Origin: Microthyrium microscopicum
Taxonomy: Eukaryota
Length of the DNA stretch: 64,000 nucleotides
Direction of reading: 5' to 3'
NCBI GenBank assembly: GCA_010405405.1
Contig: MU004230.1
Span: forward strand, 778,627 to 842,626
Part shown: one piece after another, positions 38,184 to 49,711 of the stretch
How the letters are laid out: every line of letters starts with the position of its first letter
How positions within the stretch are numbered: the stretch's first letter is position 1
The notes under the pieces: generated by a model
Database searches by the model: none
The model's input: only the letters and a program-made list of their open reading frames with translations
What the model was told of the DNA's origin: nothing
Position numbers and translations under genes: made by a program

Positions 38184-39142
38184 TTAGCGGTAACGCCAGA
38201 GGGAGAGGGTGTTGTTGCGCTTCCAGGTCTTTCTCCGTCCACCACGGGTCTTGTTGTAACGATGACCCTTGTTGATACCACGAGACTTCTTTCCGGTGGC
38301 AGTAAGACCACGTGCTTCGCGGTGCTAGATAATTTGATGAGTATGTGTTTCCCGAGCAAATATAGGCACAACATACCTTGTGGACTGGGTTGACGATCCA
38401 GTTGATTCGGGGATCGCGGCGGATGGCCTTGTGTTGAGGATCAACGAGAATGATCTCATAGTACTTGAATGTGGAATCTTGGTTGACCCAGTACGAGTTG
38501 AGAACACGGAGATTGGCGCAACGGCGACCGACACGCTCTTCGGCGGTAGCACGGAGAGAACGTTGGTACTTGAGCTGGTTGATACCCTGGTTGGTAGGTT
38601 TGCCTAGATCACTCATCAGAAACTGTTCTTTTCTTTCCCACATTCCATTATAGAACCGTACCGTATGTGGCACCCTTTGGTGCGGGCCGCTTGCGACCAC
38701 CACGTCTCACGCGGATGCGGTAGACGACATAGCCTTGCTTGGCCTTGTAACCGAGGCGGCGGGCCTTATCGGGACGAGAGGGGCGGGATGCGCGGTGGAT
38801 AACGTGAAGTTGGCGATACTAGCAATTGGGCACTCTCAGCAAAGTTCAACGAGTGACACCAAGTTTGGTGGACAAGACAGACAGCTCCGCCGACTCCAGT
38901 TGTTTGCTCAACGAAGAGAACAAAGGAGTCGGCGTGGGTCTTGTATGGCTAGCGGATTGTACTCACTTCCCAGCAGCGGACGCGAAGCAGGAAGCGCAGG
39001 ACGTCGGACTGCTTGCGCTTCTGGAGCTCTTCGACGTATTTGAGGGCACCCTAATGGATAGTCAGCGAAAGCCGGAAGTATAAATCGGTAGGACGGTAGC
39101 AAAAAGGTATCATTGTGATATTCGAGGAGATTCACGCACCAT
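38184..39142 (-). CDS. RPL15: 60S ribosomal protein L15 (eL15)
   Basis: ATG-G, intron, then [72 protein letters not shown]; ends LWRYR-TAA. Confidence 0.97.
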
Positions 39143-39384
39143 TTTGACGGATTTGGGTGGTTGATGGTCGTTGGAGATGGATGTAAAAGATTCAATGGGG
39201 TTGCGATGAACAATTTGGTGGTTGTGGGAAATTCTTGGTGGAGGCTTAGTCATGCAAACTGGCGCTAAATTTCTCCACCCCCATCTTTTCTTGAGAGCCC
39301 CATGGCTCCAAAATAACTACCACCATGAGCTAGACACGTAGATAATCTTCGCAGGACTGATTGAGAGCAATCGACAGTTTCGTC

Positions 39385-40919
39385 ATGTCGTCTGTATCAG
39401 CTTCTCGTCTGCTGGAGTGGTTCAAAAAGAACGGCGGTTCCGTCCACGAAAATCTCGCTTTAACATTCAGCTCAGAATATGGCTATCTGTTTACGGCAGA
39501 CAAGAGCTTGGAAAAAGAGGCTACGGCATGTGTTTGTCCCTTTTCATTAACGCTGTCTTATCTGAATTGTCTGCCTTCACCACCAACGGGGATTGAAAGT
39601 CATGCAGAGTCTAGCGTTTGTAGCAGCTTGATAGGAAAGCTGAAGCCTAACGCCGTTGGAACATTTCTCCTGGCCGAACAACGTACGAAAGGCGCAGAGA
39701 GCTTCTGGTTTCCGTACATCGATGCTCTACCTCGGGAAGAGGTATTGACTACTCCGTTGTGGTTTCATCCGGAGGACTTGGTCTGGCTCTGGGGAACAAA
39801 TCTCTATTCAAAAACTGTGCCTTCCGAGCAGACTGCTGTAGAACTTCGGCGGGCGATGTACAAAGAAGCTTGGCAATCTGGAATAACTGTGTTACAAGAG
39901 AAAGGTGTGGATGCTACGAAATTTACTTGGTGAGTCTTATCAAATCTGTCGGAGCATTATAGACGGCATCCAAGGCAGGTGAATTTGCACACGTGTACAT
40001 ATTTTTAGGTTAGTCTGAAAACAGGCTGTTATTCAAAACCAGTTCCTTGAACGACAAGTACTGATTCTCTGCGCCCAGGGAACTATGTCTATGGGCCGCT
40101 ACCATCTTTTCGTCGCGGAGCTTTACGTCTAACATTGCCACCCAAAATGCCGATGAATCTTTTCCTTTACTATACCCTGTCATTGATATATTCAATCATA
40201 GATTCGGCGAAAAGGTATTCTGGAATATGGAGAAAGGTACCTTTAGACTTGAGCTCCCGGAAGGAGCCCCAACAGGAGAACAAGTTTTCAACAACTACGC
40301 CCCCAAAGGAAATGAAGAATGTAAGCACAGGATCATACAGTACAGTTTTCGAGATATACGCTAACATAATACAGTGCTAATGGGCTATGGCTTCTGTATC
40401 GAAAACAATCCATGCGATCAACTGGTGCTACGACTAGCCAAGCCGCCAGGCGTGGTCCATCTGGGCCTCAAGTCTTCCATGCCTTCACACTTCAAATCCG
40501 AAACATGGAGCGTGGAAGAGTCCGGATTCTACGTTAGAGGACGCAACCACTATGCCGGTGCCTATGCAAACCAATCCGGCCTAGAGTGCCTCCGCGGCGT
40601 TCAACCCGAACTCGTAAGCGCTCTTAGAATCATGGTAGCCTTCTCCTTCGAATCCAGCTACACCGACCCAAAACACCAGCAAGCCGAGCTCTGGTGGGCC
40701 ACTCTAGATGCTCTTTCGATGCGTCTCCAGCAAAAACGCGACGCCATCACCCAATGGGACGGCATGCTCCCGGCAACTCCACAGAACCGCCGCCAGGCAT
40801 TCGCCAAAATATACCGCGATAGCCAACTCCGCATACTAAACGAAGTCATCGAAGAACTCGACACGGTACTGGGCCCATTAGACCGCGAAGAGACCACGAT
40901 ATTCGACGTGTTTCTTTAG
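39385..40919 (+). CDS. Rubisco-LSMT-type SET-domain protein lysine methyltransferase (Rkm/Efm1-like)
   Basis: LLEWFKKNGG, SFWFPYIDALP, TPLWF, WAATIFSSRSF, LYPVIDIFNH and FNNYAPKGNEELLMGYGF. Introns 39930-40078 and ~40321-40374. Confidence 0.85.
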
Positions 40920-41110
40920 CAAAAGTAGTAGCGTTAGCCTTTATATTAGCGTCAGCAGACATTACAGAATGTACAAAGCGTTCCCATCCGTTATATATAA
41001 TACAGCCATAACACATCAAAATCCCTTGTATCCGTACCAAATCTAGATTCCCAAAGCTCGATTTCCGTAAGCGTATCGCAAAATTGATTAAGAGTGAACA
41101 TAGCGCTTCA

Positions 41111-44100
41111 CTACTCTACTCGTGCTGCTTCCGCCTTGCCTGCCTCACGCTCTGTGCCACCAGGCGTCCATCCACGGTCAAATTTCTTCATTACGATGCC
41201 AACGTCTTCGCCTTCGACGCTGTCGTCGCTGCCGAAAAACTCGGCGACTTCGGCGGGGTCGAGATTGTCGACTACATCGTCGTCGTCGTCATCTTCGTCT
41301 TCGTCTACTAGCCGCTCAACGTCTTCGATTGAATCAGGGGACTCGTCGAAAGTGCCGTGGGACGGATTGGATGCGGCGGCAGCTTCTTGCTCTAGACGGC
41401 GCTGGGCCATGCGAGCGGCAAACTTGCTGCGTGCACGAGTGGGTGGTTGCAGAGGCGGTGGTATGGGTGCTTCACCACTAGCAGTCTGGGAGGTGATTAG
41501 TTTGAGGTCGGTGGGAGCGGACAAGGGACGAGCCGAACATAGGACAGGAGGATAGGATAGCGAGAGGATAGAGAGGAATAGGAGGCAACATGGTTAGGAG
41601 GATGGTAGGAGAAGGCGGATCCAACACAAGGCAAAAGGCATGGAAAAGGACAAAGTGGGAACTTGTTCGATTCCGCTGCTCTATTGCTGTGTACAAGTAC
41701 ATGAATGCGATGCCAGATGGCACCGGTAGTCTGATGGACGGAATGATGAATATATGCAAACTCCCCAAGAAAAACAGGTCTCAACTCTGCGATATTCGTG
41801 TTCTGAATCGCCCATGAGTTGCATTGCAAGTTTCTTCCCCTATCATCCGCGTCCAAAACCGCCGTGGTTAAAAATGTGAGTAATACAACAATGAAGCGAA
41901 GAAAAAATATGGCTCTTCAGTTCTCCAGCGATTAGTATGGGCAGGGGAGGGAATCGAAGGGGGCAGGCCAGTGTCACTACAGATCGGACTCGTTAATGGA
42001 AAGTTCACCCACTTGATCATTCTCGTCAATGAAGCTTGGCGTCCTGCGTTCGCTTTCCTCTTCCATGTCTTCGTCTTCTTCATCACTACTGCCGTGACTG
42101 AAGCCACTGATAAGAGATCCTCCACTAAACAGATAGCCTTGGCCAGATCGATTGTTGTCGCTTTCAGTAGTGGCACTACCATTGTCGAGAGTGAGGGGTG
42201 CGGTGTTTGTGAGATTAGCCAGCGCACTAATGCTTCCAAAGCCACCCTGAGCAGCATTGACTGCATTTAACACTGCTTGTCGTGGACCGAGATTCGCATC
42301 TGGTCTTACACCACCAAGAATGGCATTGTCTCGTTCCCGGGTCTCGGCCAAGGTGTGCTCCACATAGTGGATCCATTCAGGCGAGCTGACCTTGTCAAGA
42401 ACGAGCTGGGATAGCGACTCTGGAGAGATGCGTTCGGTGAACTTGACAACTTCCTCTGCTATGAGAGTCAAATGTCCCATGTAGCCTAGACGCATTTTGG
42501 ACTCCTTCTGAGCCTTGTCGCTAGCTACTTGACCTTCCATGATCCGTTCGGTAATCCGTCCGGTGTCGAAGACGTCACAAGCGAGGCTTCTGTTATAGCC
42601 ACGTTCCATTTGGCCATTGAACACTTGTTGTACAACATCATACACGACGTTATGAAGGAAGTTGTTCCAGGGAAAGCGGAAAAAGAAGTCCTGTTGTAAT
42701 TAGCTCAGATCAAAGAATAGAGTCACAAACATACAAGAATTGTTGGGACCACACGATGCTCGACAAACATCATCTTCAAAAGATCCCCGACAACCGGCTT
42801 GCTATCAACATCAGGCTGATAAGGGAAGTCATTGGCCTCTTTCTCTTCATCGATTTGAGCTGGCTCGCTCTCTATTGACTCAGCTGGTTTCTCCTCAGAT
42901 GGTTCTGCATCAGCTGCTCGTGGTTTTTTGGAGAATAACGGCGCTGGGGTGTCTTCTGGATGAGGAGACATCTTGGTGTCATCTTTGCCTAAGGATCTAA
43001 GTCAGCGACTTGCATCGGATAATGTATCACGTTCTATTACCTTTCTGACCCAATCGGAGAGGAGCAGGTACAGGTGGTGGAGGAGCATCGTGTAGTGGTG
43101 CATCTGGGGCAGATGGAGCATCTATCACGGTCATAGCCTCTAGCTGGGCGGATAAATCTGCTGCTGCATCGGCAGCTGACTGTTCAGCCGGCTCTTCCTG
43201 GGGTTCAGACTTTTCTGTATCTTTGCTATCCTTAGTTGTTGCCTTGCTATCAGAAGGCACCGTTATATCAGGAGTGTCTTTCTCATCAAAGTCATCTTTG
43301 ACCTCGACAAGAGTCTCTGGTGCTGCGACATCTTCAAAGTCTTCTTCAGTACTGTTGGATACCTCGAGACGCTTGATCTCTTCAGGTGAGTCGCCAAATG
43401 ATGGTGCTCGTGCGTGATGAAATCCTGAACTGTCTACACTAGTACCAAATTCATGGGTGGAAGACTCGTTGTAAGCCCCTAATTTGCCTTCGGCTTTGAG
43501 TTTGCATCGTTCGGCGTCTCTTGCCATCACTTCACTCTCGCTACCTGGTTGATTGAGTAAAATCATGTTCGAGCAATGAAGCAGTTCAGCCATAAGTTCG
43601 CAGGTCTTGAACCGATCGAAGCCTAGTGGCTCAATTTTCTGGCCAAAGGCAGTGTTGAGCTCCTTCTTTCCTGTGCCGACTGACTTTATCATAATCATGA
43701 ATTTGGGGATGTGCTCGGCAAATTGTCGTAACAGGGTTCCAAGGTATATAGGATCTGATGATTTGGGGATTGGGCCAATTTGGTTGTCTAGATCATAATC
43801 GGAATTGTTCTTTCTTATCACTTCAATGATAATACCAACACCAACAGTCAAAGGATTTCCTCCGCGCAACATGTCTGTGATCAACATCTTTACACATTCT
43901 TCTGACACCAATTGTCTGGTCAACTCATTGGGTCCTATGACGTTACTGTCTTGGGCTGTCGCATTCGCGGAGATGGTAATAATGGCCTTTAGGAAGTCTC
44001 CTGCTGACGTTTGTGTTGCGGCATCCTTATCGGCGGAGAGATTTGCGAGTAGAAGTGGGATGAGATCTTGGGATTGGAGCCACTATAAAGACGATTAGCA

Positions 44101-44828
44101 AACAAAGATATCTTGGCTAAACTCATGACCAATCTCACATCTATAGTTCCATGACCGCCTTCGCTGCGCTCAAGACTGATTATCTTTAAGAGTAGGTCCA
44201 TTATCACTGGACAGTCGACATGTCGTAGCATGTCCGCGACTACGCCGTCAACTGATTTGAAAAAGTCTAGCATCTCCTCTGTCTTTTTATCCAAAAGTGA
44301 CTCGTTGACTTTGGTGAAGTAGCTTGCTTGGATGCCGTCGAGGGGAGCATCGCGTTTGATGTAGTGCCAAAAACGGCGCAAGCTTTCTCTGTTCTCCAGA
44401 AGGGCCTCTGCTATTGACCATACATCAGAGGATAGAACTTCACAGGCAACGTATGCGTATTTTAGTCGTTGTCGTTCTTCCTTGCTTTCATCCTCCGCGT
44501 CTTTCAGAGATTTGGATTGTGACCTCCGCTTGTTCTTGCCGAAGAGACTATTGAGTGGGTTTGAGCTTCCATTATCTTCCTCGTCTAGCTCTTCTTCGGC
44601 GTTTTCGGGGGATAATTCATCCTCGGGTAGTTTGGGTAGAATTACATATTGGAGAAGGCGGTCAAGGACAGTTTCCTCTCTGAGAAACTCGAGCAGTTTC
44701 GAGTTTTGCGATTTCAGCTCTTGAATCAGGTCAGCCTCCTCGAGAAGCTCTTCAACGGTGACATCGGGCTTCTCCAAGAGCGAGTCGATGGTTGATATGT
44801 TGGCATAACCGCCGAACCGCCAAAACAT
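41111..44828 (-). CDS. SIT4 phosphatase-associated protein (SAPS family, Sap185/190/Ekc1-like)
   Basis: MFWRFGGYANISTIDSLL, EPLGFDRFKTCELMAELLHCSN, FFFRFPWNNFLHNVVYD and RLGYMGHLTLIAEE. Last exon 41111-41485 is joined via a 527-nt intron. Confidence 0.92.
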
Positions 44829-45666
44829 GGTTGCGACCTCGAGTCCAGCGCAGGTCGGTCAGCCGGAGGGTTTTGAAGGCAAGTTAGGGGCTCGATGATC
44901 ACGCAGGCATGAAGCAGGATTGGTTGGTATCGCGATGGGATGATCAGCGAAGTGGTGAACTTCTCATTGGACCAAGGGGTAGAATTATTTGCCGTGTGAA
45001 GGTGGGAGCCGCGGAAGCGCTGGGTCAACAGCGAACAGTGAGGACGGTGTAGGATGTGGTTAGGGGAGGCCTGTGATGTGAGTAGATAGGCGATGCGGGA
45101 TCGGGACTCGGCAGCAATGGGAGCTCTTCTGGGAAGATGAGAGAGAAGAGAGAATGGAAGAGAATTTATTGAGAGATGTTGGGCGCAAGTTGGTTGTAGA
45201 TGCTTGTATGTAGACAGGATGGGTTGAAATGGCACTGGGCAGCTTGCCAGGTCAGTCTGCACTCTTTTCTCAGTTGGTCGCTCTTTCTGATCTGGCTCAG
45301 GTTGGGGCGCACCTGCCACTTGCCATGCGATAGGCCCCAGAAAGGGTAGCCACAGCCCACAGCTCACAGGCTGCACCTTCCCCTACCCAATTCTCCAGAT
45401 CTGTCACGTGGCACTCCCCAACCACATGCCTCATCGACATCGAGGTTGTCATGCCTGAGCGCTTTGTGACAGCTATTACAGAACAAACTTCACGCCTTTC
45501 TTGCCAAACTCATCACCCTGTACCCTCTCATATTCCGATCCTGCCATAATAATCCGTTCTCTCACTCTCTCAAAGATTCGACTGTATACCTACTTCTTGC
45601 TTTCTACAGGCGTCTGAAGCTCACCAACTGAGCATCTCGGGCAGCACTTCACATTAAGCAAACATC

Positions 45667-46353
45667 ATGAATCGACTTTTCGGGGCTAAAGATACGAAGG
45701 AGAAACCATCGCTGGACACTGCTTCTACCAAGGTATGACAAATGACATCTTGCAGCGCTTTGACAGCTAACACGTTCAAGCTAAGCGCACAGATCGCCAG
45801 ACTCGATGGAGAAGTCGAAGTGGCCACGCGAGAACTTACTACCATCCTCCTAAAGCTCAAACAAAAAGGACCAAGGGCTCCACCATCTCTCAGAGCTCAA
45901 GCAAAAAAAGCATTGGAAAAGCAAAAGCGGAAACAGGCTATGCGAGACCAGCTAGATGACCAGTTGACCAACTTGCAGCAAGCTGGAATGTTGCAGGACA
46001 ATCTCCGAAATACAGCGATAACCGTAGAGGCCATGAAAACGACTACTAAAGAGCTAAAGAAACAATATGGCAAGATCAACATTGATCAAATCGATAGGCT
46101 ACAAGACGAGATGGCTGATCTCATAGAAATGGGCAACGAGATTCAGGATAGCATCAGCAGATCCTATGACGTCCCGGAAGATATTGACGAGGATGAGCTC
46201 GATGCTGAACTTGAGATGCTGGGAGAAGAGGTGGAGATGGACGCTTTGAATGATGCACAAGGCCTGCCAAGTTTCATGGCTGATGAGGCTAATCTACCTT
46301 CCTTCATTGATAATCCCCCGGAAACATCAAAAGTCAAGGAGGCCGCCGGCTAA
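45667..46353 (+). CDS. VPS60: ESCRT-III Snf7-family protein Vps60/CHMP5
   Basis: MNRLFGAK start; KQYGKINIDQIDRLQDEMADL and ISRSYDVPEDIDEDELDAELE. One intron ~45733-45780 with probable AAG acceptor. Confidence 0.9.
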
Positions 46354-46518
46354 TGGGTTGCTCTTTGATGTCGCGCAGTCGTTTGCTTAAGAGCATATAT
46401 GCTTACGTTTTGTTGTTACCAGCGCTTGAATACGCTACACAACCGTATTCGCAGTTACATCGTCGCTATTGTTTACGCCAGTCATCAGCTAACGCAAGCT
46501 CTATTTCTAATTTAGTTT

Positions 46519-48798
46519 TCATATGATGATTATCTGTTGATGTGGGAGCCCCCAACCTAGATCGTCCTTGCTCAAATCGCAATTCAAGCCTAGGAGAGAT
46601 CCTGAACTCTTGGTGGCTCTCAGGGTCAAGAGGCCAACTCTTCTGAACGTGTTTTCGCTTCTCTCCATGGGGTACAAGAGTAAGCCAATAAATTCAGGCC
46701 CCATACGATCGTGGGACTTGACCGATAGGTCGTTATTTACTTTCCACTGGGCGTCATGGTGAAGCAATGGTAGGACGACAACTTTGGACCGGTATTCGTC
46801 TATCGTCATCCCTCCATCCTCTGTGAAAATGTCAAAGGTGATCGAAGCAACACTACCCGGATCGCTGAACAACAAATCCGATGAGATTTTTGGGAGCGGC
46901 CTTATCATTCCGATGACTTTGACCCAACCGGCGATGATTTCACCCGTGACATCTCTCGACCGCGGTAAAACCACAACTTCTATTATCCGCAGTAGAGGAA
47001 CCGGATCGATGAGCCTTGGATAAATCACTCTTCCCTTGATATTGGCCCACGACTATGATGGAGCTATAATTCGATCAGCAACTCGCCATAGACAATGAAA
47101 CACAGGCTTACCTAGATACGAATCATATTCTTCTGCTGGCTTCCTGTCAGGTTGTTGGTGATGTACTGGAACTCGCCACGCCAGCTCGTTGATCATATCT
47201 TCACGCCATAATCCCGCAACATAGTCGTCGTCCATAACAGTCTGAAACTCCTTGGCTAATCCAGATATGGCAACGAGCTTATCTCTTCCTTTGGTCAACT
47301 TACGGCAACTATAATCATTAACGATACTTCTCCAGATCTTGTACCCAGACTCGGGTTTAGCTTTGATGTCGTCCAACCATGACTTATTCTGAAGTTGGTA
47401 AGGATAGTACATCCCATCACCTGAAGTATCCGTAGTCTCGGTTCCAGCCGGAAAACCTATCGGAAACGATTCGCTCGCCTCCAACTCTTTACATTCCCAG
47501 AACAACTGGGCGCCGAAATGTATAGTTCGAGGACTCAACAATCTCTCTTGACACACCCAGCCTCTTCGGTTCAACGAAGCTTTGATGAGACCTTCGTGTC
47601 GTACGGATGTCTTGAAGCCTACATAGCGCTGCTGGTCCTGTTCTCGGGCAATATCGATTACAAAAGGTGAATTCGCAATAGGCTCGCGATGGCAGAAAAG
47701 ACCTCCAGGTCCGTTAGAAGCTGCCGTAGCGGCGATGTTGTAAAGTGCTTGTTTATAAACCTTGCCCATCAAAGCGGCTTCTTTTGCCCAATCGATCTCA
47801 CAGTCTTGCATGATGCAGAGCGAGTCAATCCAGAGGTATCGGAATCCAAGCTTTCGAGTAACGATGATAGACTCCTGGAACGTCTGCGAAAGGCTGCTCC
47901 AGTCAATTCGGTCTTTCAGATCGTTGAGGTTTTCTTTGAGAAGTCTTAAAGGTATCTTAGAGCCCCTAGAGCGTGGTCAACGACTGACCTGTGGTATTGA
48001 ATGAGCTTACTCACCAAGAGTGACTCAGTGTCACATACTCAATTCGCTGCTGTCGATGCTCCAGCTCTCCTGAGATTACCAATCGAACACAAGGGGCATC
48101 GCTCGCGCCAACGTCAATGAGTCTGGTCGGCAAAGCACCAGAGCGCTCAAGGCCACACTTCTTATGCGTGTTTAGACATCTGGTGGTCCATTCTTTGACA
48201 CATGCCCAAGCTCTGTCAGATGATGTGTTTGCAGACATAGGCTGAATCATATGTGGAAACGTAATTGCTAAATCACATCACGTTCAGCTTGGCAACTATC
48301 TCATTTGAAGCGATATATTGTACCTTTGACTGGAATGAGTGTCCAATCGCCACCCGCTAGATATATCTCACTAAACAACTGCGTACCAGAGTCGAATACC
48401 AAAGTCGTTGAGGTGCTTGATAGAAGGCGCCGGCGCAATTGTTCTCTTGTTAAGTTCTTAAGGTTGGGTGGTGTCTGGTAAGTATTTCGATGAACTGACC
48501 ATAACGTCTCTAAATCGACAGTCGCCCATGTAATTTGGCAAAGTCTACATTGCTGGAGAACGGACCTTGCTAAGTCCACGATATTGTCGATCTCGAGGCG
48601 TTCACTCTTCTCGAACCACCAGTCATTTGGCTGCCAGAAGAAGTTTCGACACGTCGAGCATATGGTTGAAGCTGCTGTCTCATTTTCCGGGGATTCGTTG
48701 TTGTATGACTTGGTCGGACTCTGCAGGTATACTTGAGTCGATTCGTTCAAATTGAGCTCTACAGTTCCATGATCTAATTGTGTATACGCTGGTAGCAT
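46519..48798 (-). pseudogene. HET-domain protein gene carrying one in-frame premature TAG (47053-47055)
   Basis: N-terminal CxxC..CxxC; LPTRLIDV, YVTLSHSWG, RYLWIDSLCIMQD, MGKVY, LNRRGWVCQERLLSPR, DKLVAISGLA and YVAGLW; then YLAPS*SWA and an open C-terminal 170+ codons (FRRVGL). Confidence 0.85.
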
Positions 48799-49711
48799 CT
48801 GGGAGTTCTTAGTACAAGACACACGCTGAAAATAACATATAGTTCAACCTCACCAAGTCTCCAACAACTCTGCTAGTAGCCACAGCACTCTATGGAGACC
48901 ATAAGATGCTGTAACAAGATTCACATTTGGCTTGATAGTTGGTAAAAGTATCTTGTAGAAACGAATACTTACCGCTTTGGTGGATGTATTCCTGAAATTT
49001 ACCCGATATAAATGTCGATATGTCCGTTGGAATGAAGCCAGTTCGCAGCCTTCTTAGAACATACATAACGAGCAAGATAACATACTCCAAGTATGCTATA
49101 ACCCCTGATAGAGGCCGCATATTTCATTCGCTAACGTATCCTGCACAACGAAGCATGAGGCACAGTACTCAAGCCGCCAATCAATTACCTAGCCGCCAGG
49201 ATGTGCATCGCCGCACTGTACACCTTAACAAAACAAATCCATGGAGAGGATATGCAACTGCCAGCAAGTCCTATCCAATAGACAAGCGACTCGTGGCGTT
49301 GAGGGTCTCTCATCGCGCAGTGAGAGTCGGCCGATGGACAAAATAGTAACGAACTCCCATCAGCTTCGCTTGCTCCCACAAACGCTCTTAAACAAAAGGT
49401 GCTATACAACTAAACTTATATCCGATAAAGTAAGCACCTTTGAACGCCCTGTATAGTAATTAAAACACTAGGTACCTAGGCATTGTGCCCGAAGCCGGAG
49501 TCTTGAAATCCTTCATAATACTCGTGGTGTTTTCCGGATATATCTCTTGTTCTACGAGCACTTTATCTAAATCCTTCCGGTTTGTCGAGAACAGCGATAA
49601 TGGTCTTCTTCCAGTGGGAATATACTTGTGACGAAATTTGGGTGAACATACTACCCTTTCCATCTTGTTCCAGATCATTTCGATATTGTGTTTACTAATT
49701 GACCAGGCTAG

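Noticed and set aside
41743..41806. Box C/D snoRNA (ATGATGA...CTGA) in the SAPS intron
   Set aside because: Antisense to the host transcript, short, with no convincing terminal stem or recognisable guide.
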